Below, one piece after another: positions 1 through 13,007 of a stretch of 64,000 nt of DNA. How positions within the stretch are numbered: position 1 is the stretch's first letter; each line of letters opens with the position of its first letter. The DNA comes from Chiloscyllium plagiosum (taxonomy: Eukaryota). Below the pieces are notes generated by a model. That model had not been told where the DNA came from. It did not search any database and saw only the letters and a program-made list of their open reading frames with translations. A program made the position numbers and the translations under genes. The stretch is taken from NCBI RefSeq assembly GCF_004010195.1, contig NC_057719.1:13051727-13115726 (forward strand). The letters run 5' to 3'.

Positions 1-590
1 GCAACTCATTCCACACGCACACCACTGTCTGCGTGGAATGGTTGCTCCTTAGTTCTCTTTTATATCTTTCCCCTCTCACCTTAAACCTACGCCCTTTAGT
101 TCTGGACTCCCCCACTCCAGGGAAAACACCTTGTCTATTTATCCTATCCATGCCCCTTCATGATTTTATAAACCTCTATAAGGTCACCCCTTCAGCCTCC
201 GACGCTCCAGGGAAAACAGCCCTAGCCTATTCAACCTCTTCCTATAGCTCAGATCCTCCAACCCTGGCAAAATCCTTATAAATCTTTTCTGTACCTTTCC
301 AAGTTTCACAACATCTTTCCGATAGCAAGGAGACCAGAATTGTATGCAATATTCCAACAGTGGCCTAACCAATGTTCTGTACAGCCGCAACATGACCTCC
401 CAACTCCTGTACTCAATACTCTGACCAATAAAGGAAAGCATACCAAACGCCGCCTTCACTATCCTATCTCCCTGCTACTCCACTTTCAAGGAGCTATGAA
501 CCTGCAGTCCAAGGTCTGTTTGTTTAGCAACAATCCCCAGGACCTTACCACGAAGTGTATAAGTCCTGCTAAGATTTGCTTCCAAGATGA
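1..590 (-). mobile_element. CR1/HER1-type LINE, RT C-terminal and 3' fragment (decayed)
   Basis: ORF 184..459 reads [19 protein letters not shown]...KVQKRFIRILPGL...LERRRLKG, the CR1 ORF2 C-terminal signature. Near-identical to copies at 10330-11680 and 49340-50095. Confidence 0.92.
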
Positions 591-599
591 ACATTTCCC

Positions 600-3190
600 A
601 TGAACCACCACCCTCTGTCTTGTTTCAGCTAGCCAAAAACACTAAATCACCCTCAATCCCACGCCTCCGTATTTTGTGCACTCCCCTACTGTGGGGAACC
701 TTATCAAATGCCTTGCTGAAGTCCAAATGCACCTCATCAACCACTTTACCTTCATCTACCTGTTTTAGATTAGATTAGATTACTTACAGTGTGGAAACGG
801 GCCCTGTCTCTGGCGCTGTGAGGCAGCAGTGCTAACCACTGTGCCACCGTGCCGTGTTTGGTGACTAGCTCAAAGAACTCAATAAGTTTTGTGAGGCATG
901 ACCTATTCTTCATAAAACTGTGTTGACTATCCCTAATCAACTTATTCCTCTCGAGATGACCATAAATCCTATCTCTTATAACCGTTTCCAAGACTTTACC
1001 CACAACTGAAGTAAAACTCACTGATCTATAAATTACACACTGGTCTATAAATTACTATAGAGTTGTCTCTACTCCCCTTCTTGAACAAGGGGACAACATT
1101 TGCTATCCTCCAGTCTTTTGGCACTATTCCTGTAGACAATGACATAAATATCAAAGCCAAAGGCTCTGCAATCTCATCCTTTGCTTCCCAGAGAATCCTA
1201 GGATAAATTCCATCCAGCCCAGGGGACTTATCTATTTTCACACTTTCCAGAATTGCGAACACCTCCTCCTTGTGAACTTCAATGCCGCCTGTATCTCAGT
1301 ATTTTCCTCAACAACATTTTCTTTTTCCAGTGTGAATACTGTCGTAAAATATTCATTTAGCACTTCTCTTATTTCCTTAGACTCCACGCACAACTTCCTA
1401 CTACTATCCTTGATTGGCCCTAATCTTTCTCTATTCATTCTTTTATTCCTGACAGACCCGTAGAAAGCTTTAGGGTTTTCCTTGATCCAATCTGGCAAAG
1501 ACTTCTCATGACCCTCCTGGCTCTTCTTAGCTCTCTCTCTATGTCTTTTCTGGCTAACTTATAACTCTCAAGCACCCTAACTGAACCTTCACGTCTCATC
1601 CTAACATAAGCCTTCTTCTTCCTCTTGACAAGAGATTCAACATCTTTAGTAAAACCACGGCTCCCTCGTTTGACCACTTCTTCCCTGCCTGACAGATATA
1701 TACTTGTCAAGGACATGCAGTAGCTGTTCCTTGAACAAGCTCCATATTTCAATTGTGCCCATCCCCTGCAGTTTCCTTCCCCATCCTATGCATCTAATCG
1801 CATCATAATTGCCTTTCCCTCAGATAAAACTCTTGCCCTTTGGTATATACCTATCCCTTTCCATCACTAAAATAAACATAACTGAATTGTGGTCACTATC
1901 ACCAAAGTGCTGACCTACCTCCAAATCTAACACCTGGCCAGGTTCATTACCCAGTACCAAATCCAATGTTGCCTCGCCCCTTGTTAGCCTGTCTACGAAT
2001 TGCATCAGGAAACTCTCTTGCACACATTGGACCAAACTGACCCATCTAAGATACTCGATCTATGGTATTCCAGTCAATATTTGGAAAGTTAAAGGCCCCC
2101 ACAACAACTATCCTGTTACTCTCACTCCTAACCAGAATTATCTTTTCTATCCTTACCTCTACATCTCTGGAACTATTCAGAGGCCTATAGAAAACTCCCA
2201 ACAGGGTGACCTCTCCTTTTCTGTTTCTAACCTCAGCCCATACGACCTCAGTAGATGAGTCCTCAAAATGTACTTTTTGCCACCATAATACTGTCCTTGA
2301 TTACCAATGCCACACTCTTTTACCATCTTCCCTATTCTTACTGAAACACCTAAATCCCGGAACCTGCGACAACCATTCCTGTCCCTGCTCTATCCATGTC
2401 TCCGAAATGGCCAGGACATCGAAGTCCCAGGTACTTATCCATGCTGCAAGTTCACCCACCTTATCCCAGATGCTCCTGGTGTTGAAATAGACACACTTCA
2501 AATCACCTTCCTACCTGTCGGTGCACTCTTGCGACCTTGAAACCTCATTTCTGACCTCACTACTCTCAACCTCCTGGACACTGGAGCTACAATTTAGATT
2601 CCCATCCCCTGTTGAATTATTTTAACTCTCCTGTAGAGTATTAGCAAATCTCCCCCCCCAGGATGTCGATAACCGTCTGGTTCAGATACAGACCATCCTC
2701 TTTGTAGAAGTCTCACCTACCCCAAAAAGAGCCCCAATTATCCAGGTATCTGAATCTCTCCCTCCTGCACCATCCGTGTAGCCATGTGTTCAGCACCTCT
2801 CTCTCCTTATTCCTTGCCTCGCTAGCACGTGGCACAGGCAACAAGCCAGAGACACCAACTCAGTTTGTCCTAGCTCTAAGTTTCTACCCTAGCTTCCTGA
2901 ATTTCTGCCTTAAATCCCCATTTCTCTTCCTATCTATGTCGTTGGTGCCTATGTGGACCACAACTTGGGGCTGCTCCCCCTCCCCTCAAGGATCCTGAAA
3001 ACACAATCCGAGACATCATGAAGCCTGGCACTTGGGAGGCAACACACCAATCGGGAGTCTCTCTGGTTCCCACAAAGCCTCCTATCTCTGGAGTCCCCAA
3101 TGACTAATGCTCTGCTCCTCTTCTCCCTTCACTTCTGGGCAACATGGACAGACTCTGTGCCAGAGGCCTGTACCCCATGGCTTACCCCTG
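600..3190 (-). mobile_element. CR1 LINE with ORF1 esterase remnant, APE endonuclease and RT N-terminus (frameshifted)
   Basis: CVYFNTRSI...LAISETW (2301-2501), LDLVLGNEPGQV...GDSDHN (1820-2035), KSPGLDGIYPRIL...DWRIANVVPLFKKG (1026-1262). Minus strand near 2930-3040 reads ILEGEGEQPQVVVHIGTNDI, an SGNH esterase-like ORF1 motif. Confidence 0.92.
766..854 (-). mobile_element. Internally deleted HE1-type SINE (89 bp) inserted in CR1
   Basis: tRNA-like head (CGGCACGGTGGCACAGTGGTTAGCACTGCTGCCTCACAGCGCCAGAGAC) joined almost directly to the tail GGGCCCGTTTCCACACTGTAAG(TAATC)n. TGTTT is duplicated at 761-765 and 855-859. Confidence 0.88.
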
Positions 3191-3195
3191 CTATG

Positions 3196-3770
3196 TGAAA
3201 TTTGAAAAGGTTCAGAAAAGATTTACAAGGATGTTGCCAGGGTTGGAGGGTTTGAGCTTATATGGAGAGGCTGAATAGGCTGGGGCTACTTTCCCTGGAG
3301 TGTTGGAGGCTGAGAGGTGACCTTATAGACATGTATAAAATCATCAGGGGCATGGATAGGGTGAATACTCAAGTTCTTTTCCCCAGGGGTGGGGTAGTTC
3401 AAAACTAGAGAGCATAGGTTTAGGGTTGGAGGGGAAAGATTTAAAAGGGACCTAAGGGGCATCCTTTTCACACAAAGGATGGTGCATGTAGGAATGAGCT
3501 GCCAGAGGAAGTGGTAGAGGCTGGTACAATTACAGCATTTAAAAGGCAACTGGATGGGTATATGAATAGGAAGGGTTTGGAGGGATATGGGCCGGGTGCT
3601 GGCAGGTGGGACTAGATTGGGTTGGGATATCTGGTCGGCATGGACGGGTTGGACCGAAGGGTCTGTTTTCATGCTGTACATCTCTATGACTCTATGACTG
3701 TATGACATCTGGTCAACATGGACAAATTGGACTGAACGGTTTGTATCTGTGCCATACAGCTCCATGATGC
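3196..3770 (+). mobile_element. CR1/HER1 LINE 3' end with (CTATGACT)n tail, plus a second decayed tail
   Basis: Reverse complement of the 3' ends at 15530 and 49340. Ends TCTCTATGACTCTATGACTG, followed by a partial repeat of the tail. Confidence 0.9.
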
Positions 3771-3907
3771 AATGATTTTGGAGGGCTCTGGCTTACTTTA
3801 ACAATTAGCCAGGAAGAGTCTGAGGATCAAAACATAAGCTAACCACTGGATTCAACTTCCCCTCCGGATTTCATAATCATTTGCAATGAACACAATTTCC
3901 TCTGACA

Positions 3908-4646
3908 TGTAACAACACGGGGTAAACCCCTCTGCTAGGGGTTGAGACCAGGCACACAGAAAAGATTCACCCCGTGCTATAATCTGTGAAAATTCAAAAG
4001 GCAAAGAACTATCCCAAAGTCACTACTTAAACTACAAAAAAATTTACAAACTTTATTCTTTACATCTAACAGAATATTAACTAACAACTATTTACAACTG
4101 CTTTCTCTAAACCTATCTTTTACCTCCCTCTCTACAACGCTGGTTTGAGAAAATCCCCAAATAAGATTTACTGAAAAATTCAATTTCAAAACCAGCCAGC
4201 TGTCAAATCTTCTCTGTGTAAGTTTCTCTGTAAATTCTCTCTCCAGGTTGGTTTTGATGTATTTTTCTTCTCCGGACAGGGTTCTCGCAGAGAGCTCGTA
4301 CTCGCAGCCTACATCTGTTGGTCTTTTGACAGTTCTCTTTGCCATTCTTGCTAACTGTTCAAAATGTCTGATTTATATACCCCAAAATATCGGATCATTT
4401 AATTGGGTTTAATATCACTAAAATACTAAAGTTGAACTTGATTGGAGTTTAGTATCTTGGGGCATAATTTAAATGGATTGGCAGAATTTGAATTTGGTTT
4501 TGTATCCAGGCAACTCAGCTAATCTAGTTATTAGACCAAATGTTACATTATTACCTTGTTCAGAACACTTTACTGTGTCAGGTAGTTCTGCTAGCTTGCT
4601 TTTCAACTCTCTTAAAGGTACAGTACACATCTTCCCCTTCATAACA
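3908..4646 (-). mobile_element. Probable solo LTR
   Basis: Termini TGTAAC...ATAACA. Flanks GACA/GACT (4-bp TSD, one mismatch). Minus-strand TATA-like TATATAAA near 4375 and AATAAA near 4055 lie in the expected order. No coding similarity seen. Confidence 0.65.
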
Positions 4647-5063
4647 GACTCGACCCCCAGACATTTTATTCCTGTACCATGGACACATCCTTCCTTCTCA
4701 ATAAACATATAAAACCTACTCTGCACCAACCTCCCCCCACATTGACCCATCCACGCACCAGTTACTTTCACCTTCTCACCTATATGTCATCCTACACCTG
4801 CTATGGTATCCTCTTACATACCCATTTGCCACCCTACATTCATCTGGTACCCTACCCCATCACCCACCTGCCACCCCAGCAATCAGCTAACCACCTGCCA
4901 CTGCTACTGCCTTATTCATCTGGCATCGTCCCTATTTACCAACCTGGCACTGAACCCCATCGCCTCCCTGAGCTCCCTCTGCCTTACCTCCTTACCTTCT
5001 CTCAGTAGCTGTCAAAGGGGGTTTGAGCTTTCAACATTTTATTTACTGGAATATAATGGATAC

Positions 5064-5653
5064 TGCTGTTAAAAAAGGGGAGGCCTTTGAGTCACCATCC
5101 ACCCCGCTGCCGCCCGCATGCTTTACTGGACTGTTCCTGTTGTAATGGATACTGCATGAGATGTACCACTGTGAAAATTCCTTCTAAGACAAATGGGCGA
5201 CTGGAAACATGTATTCCATTCAGAACACTTGGCCTTAATCAGGCCTGCCACTTCAGTCCAAAGCAGTACTCTTTCAGCCTGGCATGGGAGTCTCTCGTCC
5301 TGGCATGGACTCAGTGTGGCCTTCTGGTTTTGAGATGTTTCCTCAAGGTGCAGTCCCACTATGGCTAAGCACTTAAGGAATACTATAATGTTTGAAAATA
5401 CAGCTGTATTTCCTACTTAAAACCAAGCAGGTCTGTAATGTGTAACTTTTAACCGTATTGTGTATGTTTTGTGATGTACAATAATTACTGCAATGTTTAA
5501 CCTTTAACTTTTTTTTCTTCCTACCTTATTGTTATGATTCTGTAGCTAGGTATTTGTACCTAAGATGGCCTTGTGTGGCAATGTTTATACACTTTTCACT
5601 GTACTCCCTGTACTTGAGTACGCATGACAATAAAATCAAAATCCAACCAAATC
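5064..5653 (+). mobile_element. Composite non-autonomous repeat with Rex1-like 3' tail (copy A)
   Basis: GGACTCAGTGTGG at ~5307, T-rich spacer, GTACCTAAGATGGC at ~5556-5569, then CTTTTCACTGTACTC...CATGACAATAAAATCAAAATCC. These motifs are shared with 33885-34330 and 55185-55441. 5' boundary uncertain. Confidence 0.55.
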
Positions 5654-6929
5654 TTCTGCACAGTTAAAGACCAAATTTAAGAACATATGCTCCCAGCAGA
5701 GAACTAAGATCTTCAGAAGCACATATCAGAATTTTCCATCTATTTCATTTGGGCTGTGTAATGGTCAAACATTAACTGTTCTTGCATGTATCCTCTGACT
5801 GGCTTATTCTAACATTTTGAAAGTAGGCTTATTGTCTTTTCCTTGTGTTTTATATTTGAGTAGTTGCTGTATGCATTAAACTTATCAATATTTGAATGAC
5901 TCTGTTCAGACAAACATGCCTGACACCAGCAAACTCCTCAGATACTTATTGCCATCTGTGGAAGAGAATTAACCGTCTTCCCCATTGCTTATCTTAACAA
6001 TTTTTTTCAAATCTCATCGCTGCTTCTAACCTGTAGCTGAAGAAACTGTTTTCGTCATTCATGCAGGGAGCCCTGTTCACTCTTACAAACGTTAAAGGAA
6101 AATATTCCCCCACCAACCACTCACTCCTCTTTTGTGATGACTCTGACCCCTTCCTGGAGTTCAGAACTGTCCATGTTTCACATGTCTTGTGAAGGAGCCT
6201 CTCTCAAAATAAACAAGGGAATTGAAGAAACCATTTCTGGCTGTATCTTAGTAAGAGACAGCTGTGCACCAACCTACTGCTTAAATTACTTACTGTCAAA
6301 TAATTTTTTTCTCTCAAGTGAAAAGACCCCAGGCAGTAGAGTGAAGATATAAGGATGTCTGGTCTCCGAGAGTCTGCTACAATGTCAATGATTATGAATT
6401 GAGTATTCGGTCCAAACATGTTACACACCCAGCTTTCCCTTTCTCAAACAAGGTAACAAGATATGAAAATAAATTAACTCCTTAATCGACAGTGGTCATT
6501 CCAGAGATTGTCTTGTTTTTCCCGAGAATTTGATGGCAATTTGGGGTTGGGGAGCAGGATAAAGGGGTGAAGGTGGAATAGAGCTTGTAGCAGGAACAGT
6601 GTAAGAGTTCAATGGGTTGGCAGCTACCAAAGTGGCAGATAGATGGCAGTCGAAGTTTAATGAAATGGAATGTGAAGCAATGGATGCTGGAAGTGGAAAT
6701 AGAGAACAAAAATTCCGTTTAAGCAGTTAGATGTCACAGTAATTGGATCCTAATGTGACTGGACACAAGTTACTGACTGCAGAGTTCCAAAGAGAACAAC
6801 AATTCTGCTCAAGAGAAAAAGGTTGATCGTTAGTTGGCAAGTTGGCACTGATGAACCAAGGTGTTGGCTTGGAGAATGAATCAGGGAGGCTGTTGTCTTC
6901 CATACTTTCCTTTTAATTTGGCAACAGAG

Positions 6930-7330
6930 CTGGGGTCTCCTGGTTACTGGTGAGGTGGTGGCAGCAGCTCCTGGTTACAGTAGGCCTGGATCCAAGGACT
7001 CCCGGTTGCAGTAGGCCCAGGTCCAGGGACTCCTAGTTGTAGTAGGTCCGAATCTGGGGACCCCTTGTTGCAGTAGGACTGGATCCAGGGACACCTGGTG
7101 GCAGTAGGCATGGGCCCATGTGCTCCTGGTTACAGTAGGCCAGGATCCAGGAGCTCCTGGTTACAATAGGCCCGGTGCAAGACCCGTTGCCCTGATTCCA
7201 GGGTGCCCTAGTTTCAGTAGGCTTGGATTTGGGTCCCCTCGTTGTCGGCAAGGCGGTGGCGGCAGTGGAGCCAGGGGCTCCTAGTTGTGGGGAGAGTGTG
7301 GGTCCAGCATGGGACCTGGCATCAGTGCCC
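6930..7330. repeat. Degenerate ~31-bp GC-rich minisatellite
   Basis: Recurrent unit like GGATCCAGGGACTCCTGGTTGCAGTAGGCCT, roughly 10 diverged copies. Confidence 0.8.
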
Positions 7331-8407
7331 GGTTGGCGAGGTGGGCCCAGTGACGAAGCGATGGCTCCTGGAGAGTGGTGACTCTGACGTTGATGAGTCT
7401 GGTGCATGGGGCAGCTTGGGTACCATTGGTTAGACAGTTCAGGGCTCAGGACTCATGGTGGACGTGGCAGAGGGAAGTTGGACTCTCTTTGTTTTATCTT
7501 TTTATTCTTGAAGTATTTGAATGGTGGTGGATTGTGGAGACAGTTGAAACTGATCACTGGACTTTACTGGGTTGCTCATTGTGGAAAACAAGTGGAAATA
7601 GATCAATCATCAGAAAAAAAAGGTTCAATGCTTCAGGTCCTCTGGAGGCAAGGTGGACATATCCAGGCATCCACTGCGACAGAAGCCCACAGGATGCCCT
7701 GTATGGCAGTCTCTCTCTCCACTAATCCTCACCCTCACCTGTTGCAGAGTTAAAATCAGCAGTAGTGAGGTGAGATCTAGCCCTAAAGTAAGCATTTGTT
7801 GCCCACATAAGGCTCTCAAATAGTGCCAGGTCAGCAAGGTCACTGACTGACCTTCCCATCTTAGACTTAGTCAGGGTAGAGGCCGAAAAGTAATGTAACA
7901 GGGATCCCCCCACCTCTCTCCCTGCCTGAGTAATTGCTCCTGCCACCAAGTTCGCCATTGGAGGGGAAATGTCATACTGTCCAAAGTGTTTCCAGCTAGA
8001 CAGACAAGAAATGAGGGTTGGCACAAGATTTAAATAATTGCATAGGAGGTAAGAAAATGATCTTTCACACCAAAGTGTGGAATTCTCTCTCACAAAACAT
8101 CAATAGATCAAACTCCATAAATTACTTAAAAGGGCATTAGATAGTGACTTCATTAACATGAATATTGATGACAATAGGGAGGCAGCGAGGAGAGTAGAGT
8201 GAGGCTCGTCAGTTCAGACAAGTGGAACTGGCGACACTCTCTCTGTCGTTGGAGATGCCTGGCACTTGTGCTACATAGTTGTTACATCACGCTTATCAGT
8301 CCAAGTATTGTCCAAAGCTTGCAATGTAAACCACTTCATGAAGGAATTGTGAATGGAGCTGAGTATTGTGTAACCATCAACAATGATCCTGTCATCCCCT
8401 CCCTCTG

Positions 8408-8755
8408 GGAGGTAGTGGCATCATGATAACACCACTGGGTGAGTAATTCAGAAGTCCCAGACTGTCAATTTGAACATGTGGGTTCAAATCCCAGCCATTG
8501 CAGAAGGTGAAATGTGAACTCAATACAGTCTCGGATTGAAAACTAATCTAATGGTGACCATTGTCATTAAATAAAACCATCACTAATACCCTTTAGGGAA
8601 GGAAATTTTTCAAGCTCACCCAGTTTGGCTTACACATGACTCCAGGATCTCAGCAATCTGGTTGACTCTGAGATGGCACTGAGAACCACTCAGTTCAAGA
8701 GAAACTAGGGATGGGTAATAAATACTAGTCTAGGGAGCAACACCCATGTTCCATT
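8408..8755 (+). mobile_element. tRNA-derived SINE, MetaSINE-like
   Basis: B-box GGTTCAAATCCC, core CACTAATACCCTTTAGGGAAGGAAAT...CATGACTCCAG...TGGTTGACTCT, and tail AGGGATGGGTAATAAAT shared with the second LINE family. Confidence 0.65.
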
Positions 8756-8879
8756 CTCTCAATGCCTTCCTATTATTCTCTGACCTTCATTTCTCATGTC
8801 ATAGAGTCATAGAGTCATACAGCATGGAAACAGACCCTTCCGTCCAACAGGTCCATGTCAACCACAAACTCAAACTAAA

Positions 8880-9040
8880 AGTTCTCTTGGCAATACTTTG
8901 AAGAAGATGGGTATTATACTTGGTGATCTGGCCAAGCTCTGAAAATGATTATCTGATCATTCACACATTGCAGTTTATAGGAACTTGCTGTGTGAGCTCT
9001 GGCTGCTGAACCTCTGATGTCGCAACATTGATTATCTGTT
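8880..9040 (+). mobile_element. DeuSINE (SacSINE1-like) fragment, old
   Basis: GATTATCTGATCATT...CATTGC...GGAACTTGCTGTGTG...TGGCTGCTG matches the copy at 18440-19060. Confidence 0.5.
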
Positions 9041-9137
9041 GAATCTTCTCTGCTGAGTCTCATTTTGAGTGTTTGGCTTTGAACTGTTCCAGACTCCCAG
9101 GCAAAGCACTGCTGTGGTTTGTCACTGCGTTCTGCAT

Positions 9138-9269
9138 GATGGCTGACCAGGAAACTCTCCCAGTCTTACTGACCTCTACAGGATGGCTGACCAGGAAACT
9201 CTCCCAGTCTTACTGACCTCTACAGGGTGGCTGACCAGGAAACTCTTCCAGTCTTACCGTCTTCTGCAG
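9138..9269. repeat. 44-bp tandem triplication
   Basis: GATGGCTGACCAGGAAACTCTCCCAGTCTTACTGACCTCTACAG occurs twice exactly (9138, 9182), with a diverged third copy at 9226. Confidence 0.95.
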
Positions 9270-10189
9270 GTGCATTGAAAGAATTTACAGGCTGGTCGAT
9301 ACTTTGAAGAATCTTGACATTGGGCTGTGGAGAAAAGGAGCCATTTCAAAAGAAAATGGAAATTTATGAATAAATGCATGACCAGCACTTTGAAAAGTGT
9401 GTTGGTTAACATGATGGTTTGTCACTGCTGGGTCTGTTGTTTTGATTGTATTGTGAATAAATAGGCATGGGAATGATGCAGTTTCAGAACACATGGAGTC
9501 ATCGCTCTGCTGGAGTCCACTAACACCATTTCATTCATGATGTGTAAGCTAGTTACAGAAACAAGATCGATTAAGTGGTATGGGGTACCTTTAACACTGG
9601 CCCCAGAGATCATGCCTTTCTGACTCCCTTGCAGCTGCTACTTTGTCGAAATCATGATCAGAATTGTTTCTAAATTCCAGTGAAGGCCTTTCAATGTTTG
9701 AATGAGATGATTGCCTTCGCTTGTTGATGACAATTATTATTTGTTCTGCAATTACTTTCTCTTTCTGCTTCATTCAATGCTCTAGCTTCCTGGGTTGGAC
9801 ATCAAGGATCATAATGCAAAATGAACAAACAAGTATTCGGAAAAAAAAGACTCCCATTACTCTGGGCCAGTTGCCATGAAAGCCATTAACAACCAGAGAC
9901 TTGGCTTGAACTGGTATTTCATTTGCAGAAATTATTCTGCATTGTCTCTTCCCTCATCGTTGTTGTTTTCTTCCTAATCACGTTATCTCCTTGAGAAAGG
10001 CTCCTGTGAATTGAAAACTCAATGCAACCCAGAAAGAAGTTACAGTGCATTATATCCTTGCTTGCACTGTGTCTGGATTGCATATGATTATATTGGATAC
10101 ACGGCAGAGAGAGAGAGAGAGAGAGAGAGACAGGCCACTCAGCCCAACCAGTTCATGCTGCATTTGAACCTCTTCCTATTTTTATAAAA

Positions 10190-10322
10190 ATCGAAAGAAC
10201 TGTGGATGCCATAAATCAGAAACAAAAACAGAAATCGCTGAAAAGCGCTGAATAGGGCTGGCAGCATCAGTGGGGAAAAATCGAGGTTAATGTTTTGGGT
10301 CCAGTGACCCTTCCTCTGATGT
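10190..10322 (-). mobile_element. Short Penelope terminal-repeat-derived element
   Basis: AAAACAGAAATCGCTG...GGCAGCATC...GTTAATGTTTTGGGTCCAGTGACCCTTC. Same family as 13675, 20975, 30460, 36770, 37080, 48800, 52260 and 60235. Confidence 0.65.
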
Positions 10323-10329
10323 ATCTTTA

Positions 10330-11680
10330 TCCTCTGGCAGCTCAATCCATACACGCACCAGCCTCTGCATAAAACATTGCCCCTTAGGTCCCTTTTAAAT
10401 CTATCCCCCCTCAGCTTAAACCTCTGCCATCTAGCCTTGGGCTCTGCCCTCACCAATCCTAGGGATAAGACCTTGTCTATTTACCCTATCAATGCCCCTC
10501 ATGATTTTATCAGCCTCTATAAGGTCACCCCTCAGCCTCCAACACTCCAGGGAAAACGGCCCCAACCTATTCACCCTCTTCCTATAGCTCAAATCCTCGA
10601 ACCCTGGCAACATCCTTGTAAGTCTTTTCTGAACCCTTTCACAACATCCTTCCGATAGGAAGGAGATCAGAATTGCACGCAATATTCCAACAGTGGCCTA
10701 ACCAATGTCCTGTACAGCCACAACATGACCTTCCAACTCCTATACTCAATGCTTTGACCAATAAGGAAAGCATACCAAATGCCTTCTTCACTATCCTATC
10801 TACCTGCGACTCCACTTTTAATGAACTTTGAGCATGCACTCTTTGTTCAGCAACACTCCCCAGGACCTTACCATTACGTGTATAAATCCTGCCCAGATTT
10901 GCTTTCCCAAAATATAGCACCTCGCATTTATCTAAATTAAACTCCATTTGCCACTTCTCAGCCCATTGGCTCATCTGATCAACTTCCCCTGATACTCTGA
11001 GGTAACCCTCTTCACTGTCCACCACACCTCCAATTTTGGTGTCATCTACAAACTTACCAAACATACCTCATATGTTCACATCCAAATCATTTATGTAAAT
11101 GATGAAAAGTTGTCGACCCAGCACCGATTCTTGTGGAACACTGCTGGTCACAGGCCTCCAGTCTGAAAAACAACCCTGCACCACCACCCTCTGTCTTCTA
11201 CCTTCGAGCCAGTTCTGTATCCAAATGACTAGTTTTCCCTGTGTTACATATGATATAACCTTGCTAACCAGTCTACCATGAGGAAACTTGTCTTATGCCT
11301 TACTGAAGTCCATATGGATCATGTCCACTGCTCTGCCCTTATCAATCCTCTTTGTTATTTCATCAAAAAACTCAATCAAGTTTGTAAGACATGATGTCCC
11401 ATGCACAAAGCCATGTTGACTATCCCTAATCAGTCCTTGCCTTTCTAAATATATGTAAATCCTGTCCCTCAGGATTCCCTCCTACAATTTGCCCACCACT
11501 GACATCAGTCTCACTGGTCTATAGTTCCCTGGCTTTTCTTACACCTTTCTTAAACAGTGGCACCACATTAGTCAACCTATAGTCTTCCAGCACCTCACCT
11601 GTGACTATTGATGATGCAAATATCTCAGCAAGAGGCCCAGCAATCACTTCCCTAGATACCAACCGAGTTCTAGGGTTCTC
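10330..11680 (-). mobile_element. CR1/HER1 LINE, RT region
   Basis: KFVDDTKIGGVVDSEEG...WAEKWQMEFNLDKCEVL (10639-11064), the CR1 FADDTK motif. Confidence 0.93.
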
Positions 11681-11970
11681 ATAGAGGTCTACAGCATGAA
11701 AACAGGCCCTTTGGCCCAACTTGCCTAGGCCACCCAGTTTTCACAATTTAAACGAGTCCCATTTGCCTGCAATTGGTCCATATCCCTCCATACCTATCCC
11801 ACCCATCCTGTCTAAATGTTTCTTAAATGATGAAAATGTACTCGCTTCCACCCCTACCTCTGCAGCCCATTCCTGACGTTCGTCACCCTCTGTGTGAAAC
11901 AATTGCCCCTATGGACCCTTTTCTATCTCTCCCCTCTCACCTAAGCCTATGACCTCTAGTTTTAGACATC
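11680..11970 (-). mobile_element. CR1 LINE 3' UTR fragment (second copy)
   Basis: CATAGAGGTCTACAGCATGAAAACAGGCCCTTTGGCCC start, same layout as the other CR1 3' ends. Confidence 0.75.
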
Positions 11971-11973
11971 CCT

Positions 11974-12380
11974 CTGTGTGTCTGTGCGCATATGTCTGTG
12001 TATGTGTATGTGTGTATTTAGGTGTCTGTGAGTGTGTACGGATGTGAATGGCTGTGTCTATGCGTGTCTCTGTGTATATCTATGCTTGTGTCTATATGTC
12101 TGTATGTGTCTGTGTGCGTGTGTCAATGTGTTTGTGTCTGCATGTGTGTCTGTGTCTGCCTGTGTGTGTGTCTGTGTGTGTGCATTTTTGTGTCTGTGTG
12201 TGTTGTGTGTCTCTGTGACTCTGAGTGTTTGTGTGTGTTGTGTGTGTCTGTGTTTTGTGTGTTTCTGTGACTGTGAGTGTGTATGTGTGTATGTCTATGT
12301 CTCTGTATGTATGTGTGTTTCTGTGTGTGGTTGTGTGTGTGTGTCTGTGTCTGTGTGTGTGTGTTTGTGTCGATGTGTGA
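11974..12380. repeat. Compound (TG)n/(TGTC)n microsatellite
   Basis: About 400 bp of interrupted TG repeats. Confidence 0.97.
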
Positions 12381-13007
12381 CTTGGATGAGGTGGTAGTGC
12401 GTGTATGCCATGATCTGCAGTCTATCCAAAGTACGTAAATTGCTCAAAGCTCAATTAAACCCATAAGTGACCCTGACTATGCTAAAACACATTGAAGTGG
12501 GCATGTGGGCTGGAGTGAGCAGAACCAAAATTGTTTACCCGACATGAAGGAAGGAGTATTATCTTTGGTGACTACCCCCAACCTCAGGGCTTACAGGGAG
12601 AGAGTCAGTATAGAATGGGATGGGCTGAATGGCCTGTATCTGCACAAGTAGGGCTTTTATGATTCTAGGTTAGTACCTCATTCCTTACCACCTGCACAGC
12701 TTTTAAAGCCCTCCCCTTCTTTCCTCCCAATTTGAAACCCCTACATAGATGGCAAAACCCGATCTGTACATAAAAATGTAGAAACAGGAGTAGGCCATTC
12801 AGCTCCTCAAGTCTATTCTGCCATTCAATGAAATCATGACTGGTATGTGGCTGAACGCCATTTACCTGCCTTTGGCCTGTAGTCCCTTAATACGTTTGCT
12901 ATGCAAAAAAAATTTGTCTAAGATTTAACAGTAACAACGTACCCACTGCCATTTGTGGAAGAGAGCCCTAAAGCTTTCCCACCCTTTGTGTGTACAACTG
13001 CTTCCGA

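Noticed and set aside
600..3190. Intact active LINE (also 57945-59988)
   Set aside because: Multiple stops and frameshifts, and the RT core is missing or interrupted.
6300..6460. Possible exon ending at AAG/GTAACA
   Set aside because: All three frames after the candidate acceptor contain stops, and the peptide is not recognisable.
12022..12397. Cys/Val-rich ORFs, and the Arg/Glu-rich ORF at 62660-62908
   Set aside because: Translations of TG and GA microsatellites.
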